Positions 24,045 to 38,840 of a DNA stretch of 64,000 nucleotides are shown piece after piece. Origin of the DNA: the human T2T-CHM13v2.0 reference genome, Homo sapiens; NCBI RefSeq assembly GCF_009914755.1, contig NC_060926.1. One strand, written 5' to 3'. The number at the start of each line of letters is the position of its first letter. Positions within the stretch are counted from its first letter, which is position 1. The position numbers and the translations under genes are program-made. A model generated the notes under the pieces. It had not been told where the DNA came from and did no database searches. It worked only from the letters and a program-made list of their open reading frames with translations.

Positions 24045-27000
24045 AGGATAGGAGGCAGAACTAGCTTGCAGTTCCAGCTCCGATGGACAGAGCAGGGTGT
24101 GGAGACTTGGATCATCAACTTTTGCTCCAAAACGACTACTGCAGGAATATACCAGGAAAGCCAAGAGAGCCCACAGACCCTCTGAAGGAATCGGATTGCT
24201 CCTGCGGGATCTGGGAGACAGCCCACGTATTGTGAGTGTCTAAGCTGTGACAGTGGAAAAGTGGGATTATCTGTCCCTGAACACACACCCTCACTGGGGA
24301 AGCTGAAGGTCTAGATCAGGGGAGAAGGATTTAACCTTACTTGGAGCTGAGTCAACTTAGAGAGCCAAGTGAAATACAGGGGTAGAGGAAGCAGTGGGAA
24401 AAGCCCTGTGGGCTCTCTGGGGTCCCCAGGGAAGCCATTTCGTACTTTTCTCACAGGTGTCCTTGGGGAGGCTGCCAGAGGAACAGACCACAGGGAGAAG
24501 GAAACCTCCAGCTGAACTTTGTAACAATTCCAACCAAATGTGAAGTCTCCTGGCCAGAACTCAGGGGAGGGCATAAATCAGATGTGCAGATGCGACAGGT
24601 GGGGAGGTGTGAAAATTCTACTTGCTTTCTCATATGGGAGGCTGGTACCCTGGGGCAAGTTCTCAGCCCTGCTGCTCATCGCCTGAAACAAACTCAGTGC
24701 TGTTGGGGCTGAGGCACGGTGGGAGTGGGATAGGCCTTTTGGGTTGTGTGGGAGCTGGGTGAGGCCTGTAACTGCCACCTATCCCCCACTTCCCTGACAA
24801 CCTTGATGACACAGCAGAGGCAGCCATAATCCTCCTGGGAACATAAGTCCGTTGACCTGGGAACAACACCCCCAACCCCGCAGCAGCAGCAGCAAGCCCT
24901 GCCCAAGGAGAGTCTGAACTTAGACACACCTAACCTTGCCCCCACCTGATGGTCCTTCTCTATCCACCCTGGTAGATGAAGACAGAGGGCATATTATTCT
25001 CTTGGGATTTCTAGGGCCCCACCCACAGCCTAATCCTCCCTATACTACCACAGCTGATGCTCTCTTGAAAGTGCTACCTCCTGGTAAGAGGCCAACCAGC
25101 ACAAGAATAGTGCATTAAATAACTAAAACTAAGGACCCTCAGAGAGCCCATTTCACTCCCTTGCCACCTCCATCGGAGCAGGTGCTGGTGCTCATGGTTG
25201 AGAAAATTGAAGATGGTTCACATTGTCTGAGCAGACCACTCCCATTACCAGCCCAGAGCCTGGTAGCCCTGCTGGGTGGCTTAGATCCAGAAGAGAAATA
25301 GCAATCACTACGGTTTGGCTCTCAGGAAGCCACATCCCTAGGAAAAAGGGGAGAGTATTACATCATGGGAACACCCTGTGGGACAAAAGAATCTGAACAG
25401 CAGCTTTGAGCTCCAGATCTTCCCTATGACATAGCCTACCCAAATGAGAAGGAAACAGAAAAAACATTTCTGGTAATACAACAAAATAAGAGTCTTTAAC
25501 ACCCCCCAAAAAATCACACTAGCTCACCAGCGATAGATCCAAACCAAGAAAGAGAATTCTGAAGGTTGATTATTAAGCTAATCAAGGAGGCACCAGAGAA
25601 AGGTGAAATCCAATTTAAAGAAATAAAAAAAAATGATACAAGATATGAGGGGAGAAATCTCCAGTGAAATAGATAACATAAATTTTAAAAAAATCACAAC
25701 TTCAGGAAATAAAGGACACACTTAGAGAAAAGCAAAGTGTACTGGAAAGTCTCAGCAATAGAATCAAAGAAGCAGAAGAACTTCAGAGCGTAAAGACAAG
25801 GTTTTCGAATTAACCCAATCCAACAAAGACAAAGAAAAAAGAATTGGAAAAAATCAGCAAAGCCTCCAAGAAGTTTGGGAATATGGTAAACAATAAAACC
25901 TAAGAATAATTGGTGTGTTCCTGAGGAAGAAGAGAAAGCTAAAAGTGTGGAAAACATATTGGGGGAATAATCGAGAAAAACATCCTTGCCCTTGCTAGAG
26001 ACCTAGACATCCAAACACAAGAAGCTCAAAGAACACCAGGGAAATTTATTGCAAAAAGATCATTGCCTAGGCACATTGTCATTAGGTTATCTAAAGTCAA
26101 GATGAAGGAGAGAATCTTAAGAGCTGTGAGGCAAAAAGCACCAGATAACTTATTTAAAAACTATGAGATGAATAGCAGATTTCTCAGCAGAAACCCTACA
26201 AGCTAGAAGGGATTGGGGCCCTATCTTCAGCCTCTTTAAACAAAACAATTATCAGCCAAGAATTTTGTATCCAGTGAAACTAAGCTTCATAAATGAAGGA
26301 AAGATACAGTATTTTTCAGACAAACAAATGCTGAGAGAATTTGCCACGACCAAGCCAGCACTACAAGAACTACTAAAAGAAACTCTAAATCTTGAAACAA
26401 ATCCTGGAAACACATCAAAACAGGACCTTTTTAAAGTATAAATCTCACATGACCTATAAAACAAAAGTATAATAAAATAACCCCAAGGTATATAGGCGAG
26501 AAATAACACAATGAATGGCATAGTACCTCGCATCTCAGTACTAACATTGAAGGTAAATGGCCTAAATGCTCCACTTAAAAGATAGAGAATTGCAGATTAA
26601 ATAAGAAATCACCAACCAAGTATCTGCTGCTTTCAAGAGACTCACCTAACACATAAGGACTCACATAAACTTAAGGTAAACTGGTGGAAAAAGACATTCC
26701 ATACAAATGCACACCAAAAGTGAGCAAGAATAGCTACTCCTGTATCAGACAAAACAAACGTTAAAGGAACAGTAGTTAAAAAAGACAAAAAGGGACATTA
26801 GATAATGATAAAAGTCCTTGTCCAACAGGAAAATATTACAATCCTAAATATATATGCACCTAACACTGGAGCTCCCAAATTTATAAAATAATTACTACTA
26901 GACCCAAGAAATCAGATAGACGGCAACATAATAATAGTGGGGGACTTCAATACTCCACTGACAGCACTAGACAGGTCATCAAGACAAAGTCAACAAAGAA

Positions 27001-29560
27001 ACAATGGATTTAAACTATACCTTGGAACAAATGGATTTAACAGATATTTACAGAACATTCTACTCAACAACTGCAAAATGTACATTCTGTTCATCAGCAC
27101 ATGGAACATCCTCCAGGACAGACCATATCATAGGCCACAAAACAACTCTCAGTATATTTAAGGAAACTGAAATTATATCAAGTACTCTCTCAGACCACAG
27201 TGGAATAAAACTGAAAATCAACTCCGAAGGAACCTTCAAAACCATGCAAATACATGGAAATTAAGTAACCTGCTCCTGAATGATCACTCGGTCACCAATG
27301 AAATCAAGATGGAAATTAAAAAATTCTTTGAGCTGAATAATAGTGACACAACCTATCAAAACCTCTTGGACACAGCAAAGACGATACTAAGAGGAAAGTT
27401 CCTTAAATGCCTTAAATGCCTTCATTAAAAAGTCTGAAAGAGCACAAATAAACAATTTAAGGTCACGCCTCAAGGAACTAGAGGAACAAGAACAAACCAA
27501 ACTTAAACTCAGCAGAAGAAAGGAAATAATCAAGATCAGAGCATAACTAAATGAAGTTGAAACAAACAAACAAAAAACAATACAGAAGATAAATGAAACA
27601 AAAAGCTGGTTCTTTGAAAAGATAAAATAAAATTGATAGACCATTAGCAAGATTAACCAAGAAAATAAGAGAGTAGATCCAAATAAGCTCAATTAGAAAT
27701 GAAACGGTCAAGGCTTCTATGAACACCTTTATGCACATAAACTGGAAGCCTAGAGGAGGTGGATAAATTCCTGGAAAGGTACAACCCTCCCAGCTTAAAT
27801 CAGGAAGAATTAGAAACCCTGAGCTTTCTAGTTCTAGAAATTCTAATTCTTGTCCTAGCCAGAGCATTCAGACAAGAGAAAGCCAGAGCATTCAGACAAG
27901 AGAAAGAAATAAAGGGCATCCAAATTGGTAAGGAGGAAGTCAAACTGTTGCTGTTTGTTGATGATATGACCGTATACCTAGAACACCCTAAAGTCTCCTC
28001 CACAAAGCTCTTAGAACTGATAAATGAATTCAGCAAAGTTTCAGGATACAAAATTAATGTATACAAATCAGGAGCTCTGCTATACACCAACAGCGACCAA
28101 GCTGAGAATGAAATCAAGGACTCAACCCCTCTTACAATAGCTGTTAAAAAATACTTAGGAATATACCTTACCAAGGAGGTGAAAGACCTCTACAAGGAAA
28201 ACTACAAAACACTGCTGAAAGAAATCATAGATGACACAAACAAATGGAAACACATCAAATGCTTATGGATGGGTAGAATCAATATTGTGAAAATGACCAT
28301 ACTGCCAAAAGCAATCTATGATTTAATGCAATTTCCATCAAAATACCACCATCATTCTTCACAGAACTAGAAATAAAACAATTATAAAGTTCATATGGAA
28401 CCAAAAAAGAGCCTGCATAGCCAAAGCAAGACTAAGCAAAAAAAACAAATCTGGAGGCATCACATTACCTGATTTCAAACTATACTCTAAGGCTATAGTC
28501 ACCAAAACAGTATGGTACTAGTATTAAAAATAGACACATAGACCAATGGAACAGAATAGAGAACCCAGAAATAAACCCAAATGCTTACAGCCAACTGATC
28601 TTCAAAAAAGCAAACATAAAGTGGGGAAAGGACACTCTATTCAACAAATGGTGCTGGGATAATTGGCAAGCCACACGTAGAAGAATGAAACTGGATCCTC
28701 ATCTTTCACTTTATACAAAAATTAACTCAAATGGATTAAGAACTTAAATTTAAGACCTGAAACTATAAAAATTCTAGAAGATAACGTCAGAAAACCTTTC
28801 TAGACATTGGCTTAGGCAAAGATTTCATGAGCAAGAATCCAAAAGCAAACACAACAAAAAGATAAATAGGTGGGACTTAATTAAACTAAAAACCTTTTTC
28901 ACTGCAAAAGGAACCAGACGGCAGAGTAAACAAACAACCCACAGAGTGGGAGAAAATCTTTCCAATCTATACATCCAACAAAGGACTAATAGCCAGAATC
29001 TACAAGGAATGCAAACAAATTGGCAAGAAAAAAACAAACAATCCCATCAAAAATTGGGCTAAGGACATGGACAGACAATTCTCCAGAGAAGATATACAAA
29101 TGGCCAACAAACATATGAAAAAATGCTCAGCATCACTAATGACCAGGGAAATGGAAATCATAACCACAATATGATACCACCTTACCCCCACAAGAATGGC
29201 CATAATAAAAAAAATAATAGATGTTGGTGTGGATGCAGTGAAAAGGAAACACTACTATACTGCTGGTGATAATGTAAACTAGTACAACCATTATAGAAAA
29301 CAGTGTAGAGATTTCTTAAATAACTAAAAGTAGAACTACCATTTGATCCAGCAGTCCTACTACTGGGCATCTACCCAGAATAAAAGAAGCCATTATATAA
29401 AAAAGATGCATGCATATACATGTTTATAGCAGCACAATTTGCAATTGCAAAAATATGGAACCAGCCCAAATGCCCATTAATCAACAGGTGGATAAAGAAA
29501 CTCTGATATATATGTATATATATGTGTGTGTGTGTATATATGTATATATATATGTATGTA

Positions 29561-29595
<35 letters not shown>

Positions 29596-29642
29596 GTATG
29601 TATATATATATATATGTATGTGTATATATATATATATATATG

Positions 29643-29678
<36 letters not shown>

Positions 29679-30043
29679 CACAATGGAATATTACTCAGCC
29701 GTAAAAAGAAATGAATTAATGGCATTCACAGCAACCTGGATGAGATTGGGGATGATTATTCTAAGTGAAGTAACCCAGGTATGGAAAACCAAACATCGTA
29801 TGTTCTCACTCATCAGTGGGAGCTAAGCTATGAGGTTGCAAAGGCATAAGAATGTTACAATGGACTTTGGAGGGGGAGAAAGAGTGGGCAGGGGTTGAGG
29901 GATAAAAGGCTACAAATTGGGTTCAGTGTATGCTGCTTGGGTGATGGGTGCACCAAAATCTCACAAATCACCACTAAAGAACTTATGTAACCAAATACCA
30001 CCTGTTCCCCAAAAACCTATGGAAATAAAAAATAAGAAAAAAT
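24045..30043 (+). mobile_element. Near full-length L1PB1 (L1PBa-type 5' end), dead, with an internal ORF2 deletion
   Basis: 5' UTR, ORF1, ORF2 remnants (27004.. DLTDIYRTFY; 27759..28370) and L1PB1 3' UTR (gagctaagctatgagg...ctgttccccaaaaacctatggaaat); TSD aaattaaaagaa(c/a)ac. Confidence 0.93.
29506..29676. repeat. Compound (TA)n/(TG)n microsatellite inside the L1PB1
   Basis: Read directly. Confidence 0.95.
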
Positions 30044-30055
30044 AAATTAAAAGAA

Positions 30056-30720
30056 AACGTGGTAAACTCTAAAAATGGGAAGGAAAGAAATAGGTATGAG
30101 CAGAAATTAGTGAAATGTAAAACTAAGATACATGGAGAAGACCCATGCAACCAAGAGCTGATTCTGGAAAAGATTAGCAGTACAAACAATTTTCTGCCTA
30201 CATTTTTCAATGACGAGAGAGGTAAGCAGTGAATAAACAAATGCAAAGACAGGAATTAAAAACAACAAAGACATAGGCATGTTTTTTAAAAAGATGCTAC
30301 TTGTGGATAACCATGAAAATGTATAACAAAATTGCCAATTTCCTAGAAAAATACAAATTGCCAAAACTGACTTAAGAGGAAGTAGAAAACCTGCATACAC
30401 TCATTAACAAAATTGAATCAAATAGTTAAAAAGCTACTGGCAAAATTCCTTCCAGGCCCAGAGAGCTTAGAGATAGGTTCTACCAAATATTCAAGGAATA
30501 GATAATCTCAATTTATATAATCTGTTCCAGAGAATAGACAAAGAAAATATTTGCTGCTTCAACTGATATGCGTGTATACCTTGATGCCAAAATTAGACCA
30601 ATGGTAAAATGAGAAGCTACAATTATTGGTAAAAGGCACTCATGAAAGTAAATGCAAAAGACTTATTATTAACCAATGGAGTCCAGCAATGTATATATAG
30701 AAAATACATCATGATAAAGT
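30056..30720 (+). mobile_element. Continuation of the host old L1M ORF2 beyond the L1PB1
   Basis: ttcctagaaaaatacaaattgccaaaactgac...ccaggcccaga...ttctaccaaatattcaagg...atacatcatgataaagt. Confidence 0.75.
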
Positions 30721-31408
30721 TATCAGTCACTTATCAAACTCAAGTTCTGTAGTCTTTCATAAAAAGCCCAATTTCAGTGGCACAATTCACCACAATGCCA
30801 TGCTCATTCACTACCAGAACAATTGTCACTTGGTTCAGTTCAGCCTCACAGCTAGGTGACAAAAGGGAAAAACATCAGCAATTTGCCCTTAGTACACATT
30901 CACGAGACTGAAGAAGTCAAGGATCCCTTAGGGTCATGAAGGCGGGCATAAGAGCCTCACAGCCTGTGGCGTGAGATACACATTCATCCCAGTCTTCTGG
31001 TCTGTCCTTGGTCCAGCTCCTGCCTGTGCTCACCTGAATGTGTAAAGATCCCACCTGAACACACCTGAGCTCTTAAACTTCAACCTTACACATACTTCAG
31101 GTCATGTCAGGCTTCTGCTCTTGGTCTCCTGTTCCTATCTTCCTCAAAAAATTATTATTCTGTTTTTTTTTTCTGCTAGAGAATTAATGTTCATTTTGTT
31201 CATTGAAGAAATGTTGGAACATAAGGAAAAGAAAACCTCCCCTTGATCTTATCACAGAGAGACAACCACTAGTAACATATACTTACATATACCCATGTAT
31301 AACATATAATATTATAAAATATATTCTATATTTATTCTTCATATAGTATAATACATAATATAATGTGTTCTGTTTATTCTTTCTGTTAAGGTAGAAAATA
31401 TCTTTGCA

Positions 31409-31784
<376 letters not shown>

Positions 31785-32479
31785 CTATATATTTATACAA
31801 ATTTAGAATTGTGCAAACATAGTTTTTCGACATTTTTCTGAATAAATAATATAATATGAATACTTCTTCAAGAAACCCTGCCCCCGCAGCTCCAGTGCTG
31901 GGGCCAGGGTTCCATTGTATCACATCGCGATTGTATCCTTCCCTTGTCCCACCAGGCTGGGGCAAGCACTTTTGTTATCCTGTAGCTTCAAAGCTTTGTA
32001 GCCAAAGAGTCAGGATCACTCTTCTTGAGTCTGATGTCTGGCACTTCCAGGTCCCCATCCTGCCAGAACACCAGATTCCTGTGCAGAGACCTACACACCT
32101 GCTGCTCACCCAGTCTCTGGAGTTTTCTCCAGTGAATGGTGCTCCTGCAGGATTGGTGTGTGTGCTGTCTGTCCACATGTCCTGGTTTGCATGACACCAG
32201 ATGGATCTACCCAGCTCCTGCCCCCACTTCCTCACAATCACTGCTCAAATGTCCATCTCATCACAGTGGTCCTACCTGACCACCTGATGTACAATATCTG
32301 ATGCAAAATGATGAAAAAGTATTTTCCCCAGCCTCTGTACTGGTAATCCCTATCAGCCTTATTCTACTCAAATTTTACATGTACTTATCAAAACCTCTCA
32401 TGGACTTTATCTGTGTCTCTGTGTTTCTATGTATTCAATTGTGTCTCTGAATCTGATGACATAACTTTTTATCTTGGTG

Positions 32480-33135
32480 TCTATCCATCTATCTGTGCAT
32501 CTATCCATATCCATCTGCATCCACCCCACCCATCTATCCACCATTCACTCATCTACCCATACATCTATTCACCTACCCATTCATCTATCCACATCCACCC
32601 CACCCATCCATCCACCCATTCACTCATCTACCCACACATCTGTTCACCTATCCATCCATCCATATCCATCTGCCTCTACCTCCACTCATCCATTCACCCA
32701 TCCACCCAACCACCCACACAACCATCTACCCATTCACCCATCTACCCACACATCCATCCATCTATACATATCCATCCATCCACCTACCCACCCATCCACC
32801 CATTCACTCATCTACCCACCCATCCTTCTACCCATTCATCAATTCACTCATCTACTCACCTATCCATATCTGTCCATCTAGCCATATCCACCCACTCATC
32901 CACCCTTTCACCTATCCATTCATTTACTTACCTGTCTATTCACCTATCCATGCATTTATCCATCCACATCTACCCACCCATCCGTCCACCCATCCATCCA
33001 CTCATTCACTCATCTACTCACCCACCCATCCACCTATCCCTCCATCTATTCATATCCATTCACATCTACCTACCCACCCCCCACCTACCCATCCACCCAT
33101 TCATTCATCTACCCCCATCCATCCACTTATCCATG
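32480..33135. repeat. Degenerate (CCAT/TCCA)n simple-repeat block
   Basis: About 650 bp of ccat/ctat/ccac tetramers; explains the H/P/S/I-rich ORFs. Confidence 0.95.
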
Positions 33136-33139
33136 TATC

Positions 33140-33220
33140 TGTCTCACTACTGTTGAATTCCAACACTTAGTACAGTGCTTGACATATATTTGGCAAATAT
33201 TTGTTATAGACAAATAAATA
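33140..33220 (+). mobile_element. L2 3' end
   Basis: caacacttagtacagtgcttgacata...aaatatttgtt. Confidence 0.6.
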
Positions 33221-35177
33221 CTAAGCTTATCTTTCTTATTTTCTCTGTTACCTAAAACAAAGCTCTTAGTGCCAATGTGATTTTAACAAACAAACAAATA
33301 TGGGCACTGAGGTCACATGGTATTACCTGGTCAGAATGTACCTATCCTTGTGGCCCAGGATGTGTAGAGGGTCTTTGGGTTTCTGGAGACTTGCTGCTCT
33401 GGAAGTGTTGCTGAACAGGGTGGCAGGGATCAGCCCAGTTCTGCTTCTTGTCCTGGGTCACACTCCTAGTGGTCCTTGTCATCACCCCTGGCTGCCTAGG
33501 ACCCATTCTGGCTGCTGCACCTTGGAGGCCCTCCGCATCTGTCCCTTAAGCGCATCCCATGACCTTTGCTGCAGGGCCATGCAGCCCCCAGAGCTCCCCC
33601 AAATGGTGAGTCACTGGCTTGCAATCGAGTACTCCTCTGCTGGCCTCCACAGGCCTGGGGGACCCTAGTGTCTTTGGTGGCACAGTCACTCTGAGGAAGG
33701 CCTCTTTGCATAGACGCTGCTGGGCTTACAGAGGATGTGGCCACTGATGCCAGTTAGCATGCGAGGGCACTTTCTTCAGGGGCTTCCAAGCGGGAAGGCA
33801 GGCAGAAGCCCCCATCTTTGGTATTCCCCTTGCCAACACACCCGTCTTCATGCTGGAGTTTCAGCCCACCCGATGCCCACCCGTTTCCTTTGCTTTTCTC
33901 TTCCTTCTCTTACCTGCACTTCTCCTCAGAGGACAGGGTAGTTCTCTTGCGTCTCCAGGTGGGATATAGTCTCCCTTAGGCACAGCTGTTTTGAAACTCC
34001 ATGGACTTGCCTCCTGAGTTCTGAAGGAGGAAATTAATTTGGGAAGTTTCTTTTCTGTCTCAACAAAATCTTGCTTTCTTTCTGCAGATACAAAATTCCC
34101 GTATTTCAAGTAGGAGATGAATATTCTATCTTTTAAAAATATCCCCCGCTATGATAATCCTAATCTCTCGCCCTTCCTCCCCAGGGCAGGAAGAAGTCAG
34201 ATGTCTGGACAGGCAAGAGAAGGAAGCATGCAAATGCATTTCCCCGGATTTCATCCTTGTCACAGCTGTGGATGAGTCTTCGACCCTGGGAAATGCATTT
34301 GAGTGCCCCCGCAGTCCGTAAGCCTTGGTGTGACAGAAGGAATTTGTTCATACTTTTCATTTCTTCCGGCAGCTTATTGAGCTCTCATTTTTATAATTTT
34401 TAAGTTAGTAAATTGTATCATTGGCAAAAAAAAAATTACTACCTCCTTTCCAATACATTATCTCCTATTTTCTTTTCTTTTCTAACTGCTGTAGGAAGCA
34501 AAATTCCAGAAGAATATTTAATAACAACAGTGGAGGTAGCTTTGTTTTATTTCTTACTATAATGGGAATAGCTCTACTGCTTCATTGTTAATTAAGATGT
34601 TGGCTAATGAATTAAATAATAAAAAGGTTTTATTTTTCTCCACTCACAAAGTGAATGGTGGCATGTATCTTAATAGCATCTCGGGCAGATTCCTCAACTT
34701 CCTGGTCAGTTGGTTATTAAAATCCACAGTTTGTATCTTCAGCCTCCTCTTGCCCTGTTAAAGTTCCCTGCATCCTTCCCGCCAACCTCCCCTTGCTGTG
34801 ACCTGAGGGTCTTGAAGTGAGGAGGGGCTTGGTCTGATGTTGTACTCTTCTGCCCCACCCCCTTCTTCCTGGAATGCCCACGGGGTAGCATGTCTGTCTT
34901 CTCCTCCCTTGCCAAAGTTTAACCTCTATGCTCTGCAGGGAATGGGGGGAAGGGACAGCAAGGTGTAGATGTTGCTTTTCTAACCAGACATCCGACTACA
35001 ATCTGCTCTTTCGCTTGCTTGCAGCTCTGATCACATTAGTCACTGATATCCTGTGTAGCAGGCGAACAAATGGCTCTTTTGCCTTGCTGGGTATTTGCAA
35101 GTTCTTGGGTGCTTCTGGGGCCAACCTGCTGCAATATTCTCTGACATGGGAGCCACATCTCTGGCTTGGTGTCTTCG

Positions 35178-35663
<486 letters not shown>

Positions 35664-36472
35664 ATCTTTTTTTACCCCCTCTTTCCAGCAAGCTTCCCTC
35701 TGGGTGAGCTCTGGCAAGGTGGTTCTTGACCTAGGAGGTGCGTTTTCTTGCTGTATGACCCACCTCACCTCTCTTGCATGGCTAGCTTTCTGGCTATGTT
35801 CTTCTCCTTCTTAGATATGAGCAGACCTGACCATCACATTCCAAGCAGCAGTGGAACCGGGTAATAACATGTGATCTTCCTTGCTTGTAGGCAACCCCAA
35901 TCCTGGAGTGTGTGTGTGTGTACATATACAATGAATAGTGCATACTGAGTATTATGAAAAGCCTTTTGGCATCTATTGAGATGATCATATGGTTTTTATC
36001 CTTTTTTCAATTGACAAGATTTATATTCATACATGTCTTATATTGCATTCCTGGAATAATCTTTACTTGGTGATGGTGTATTTTTTCCTTTATAGAGCAC
36101 TGGTCTTCCTTCCCTAGTTTTTAATAGAGGAATTTGCTATATATATTTATAAAAGAGAACTCTAGAGAAATAATTATGCTTGGTTCTAAAATGAATTGTA
36201 AACATTTCCATTTATTTCATTATTAATTTATTTTTTTCACTATTCTTCAAAAGACTTCATTTGGTGCACTGGTCCTGTGTTATTTGAAAACTTAAAATAA
36301 TTTGCCAGTGAGATCATCTTCATGAGGTACCTTTTTTAGAGGCAGACTTTTTTGTCTCTCAAATTCTCCCTTCATCATTATTCTAGCCAAATTGTTGGAG
36401 AGAGGACAGCTCGTTTCATGGGCTCCAGTCCCATGAGTACCAGGCTATTGTTCCTTTTCAATCCTCCCTTGC

Positions 36473-36827
36473 TATATGAGTCTGTTTTTACTCTGCTGAT
36501 AAAGACATACCCCAGACTAGTTAATTTATACAGAAAAAAGTGTTTAATGGACTTACAATTCCACATGGCTGAGGAAGCCTCACAATCATGGCAGAAGGCA
36601 AGGAGGAGCAAGTCACATCTTACGTGGAAGGCAGCAGGCAAACAGAGAGCTTGTGCAGGGAAACTCCCCCTTATAAAACCATCAGATCCTGTGAGACTTA
36701 TTTACTATCATGAGAACAGCATGGGAAAGACCTGCCCCTATGATTCAGTTACCTCCCACTGGGTCCCTCCCATAACATGTGGGAATTCAAGATAAGATTT
36801 GGGTGGGGACACAGCCAAAACATATCA
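36473..36827 (-). mobile_element. THE1B-like solo LTR
   Basis: gctgataaagacatacc...aaggaggagcaagtcacatcttac...gggacacagccaaaacatatca; TSD cttgc/cttgt. Confidence 0.92.
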
Positions 36828-37212
36828 CTTGTTCTTGATTCTCTGTGGAGGCGGAGGAGGGCTCTGGCCTGTGGTTAGGGAGATGACAGTGTTGTCCATT
36901 TCTCTTGCTAATCTTTTGCCTGGCTCCAAGTACTGGGGTTTTTTCCTTTTCCTTCCCTTTTTCTTCCCGGTTAGTGTGAGGTGACAGTTCAAGTGACAGT
37001 ACCCTCAGCAGGGTGCCTCAGAGCTAGCCGTGGGTGGTGGGTGGCAGGGGTGGTGTTAGGAAGCCCTTTTGGCCTTAAAGTTGGTTGCCCTAATTGGTGT
37101 ATCAGTATTGAGATTGATATTCTACTTGACATCTGCCTGTCTTCTGTGTCTTATTTTTTTTCTTGGTTCTGAACTCAGGAGGGAAATAATAGTGTGTTTA
37201 TTAAGCCCCTAA

Positions 37213-37534
<322 letters not shown>

Positions 37535-38541
37535 CAAATCATCTCCTTTTAACAACCAATGTTGGTAATTTTTTAGAGAACCTTCTGCATTGAGATTCTG
37601 TTTTCCAGATATAGTAGTGTGAGGTGACTATAACATTGTTTATATTTTAAGATCTCCTCCATATCATTTATATATCTGTGATAAACCCCAATGGTGTGTA
37701 TTTGCTTTTTCTTTATTTTCTGCATAATTAGTCTTCTCAGTGGTTTCCTTATTGTCTTTTCAAAGAACCAGCTCTTAGAATTATTAATTTTACTTTTTCT
37801 CTTCACTCATTCACTGTTTCCTGTTTTCCATCTTTCTTCATTCTTTTTGTATATCTTACATGTTTTCCTTGAAGGCATTTTGATGCCTTTTTTTCTAGCT
37901 CCTTGATTTGGAGACTTCTTTCATTCACTTTTATGCTAATTATTTGACATCTACCTGGTAAGATTTAGGAAATAACTAAATTAGATAATCTGTATACAGT
38001 GTTTAGCACTGTGCTCAGAACGTAGTAAATACTCCATAGATAGTGGCTACTAATAAACATGACAATAAGAGCAAACAAAATATTTTAAGACTTGTTTTTT
38101 TTTCTGAGTACAGTTTTGAGCCCATTTCATACACTCTAATGTGTAGTATTATAATTACTTTCTTAATAATTTGCATTTGTGATGGCTTTTTTTATCAAAT
38201 ATTTATTTGTCAACTATTTATGTAGTCATATATATATTGTTCTCAAGAGGTTGTATTTTTTGGGTATAACTTTTAAATTATTCATAATTTTATTAATTAA
38301 TATTTGGTAATATACAATTTTCTTTTAAATCTACAGAGGTATAATTCATTGTTTGGTATATGGTATATTTTTGTGAATGTTCCATGAGTTTGAAAAAGTA
38401 ATATGTATTCCATGTTTAAAAGGTACAAATCATAATATATCTATTAAAGCAGCTTTCTTAATTCATATTATTTAGATACTCAGTATCCTTATTAAAGATC
38501 TGCTTTTTGACTTTAAGATGTGCAATAGTGTCTGCCACTAA

Positions 38542-38840
<299 letters not shown>

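Noticed and set aside
27759-28370. Reverse-transcriptase-like ORF as a novel retroelement or functional gene
   Set aside because: It is an internally deleted fragment of a dead L1PB1 ORF2 surrounded by stops and frameshifts.
29410-29826. Tyr/Ile/Val/Cys-rich ORFs
   Set aside because: Translations of the (TA)n/(TG)n microsatellite within L1.
32413-33156. 247-aa His/Pro/Ser-rich ORF
   Set aside because: Artefact of the stop-poor (CCAT)n repeat.
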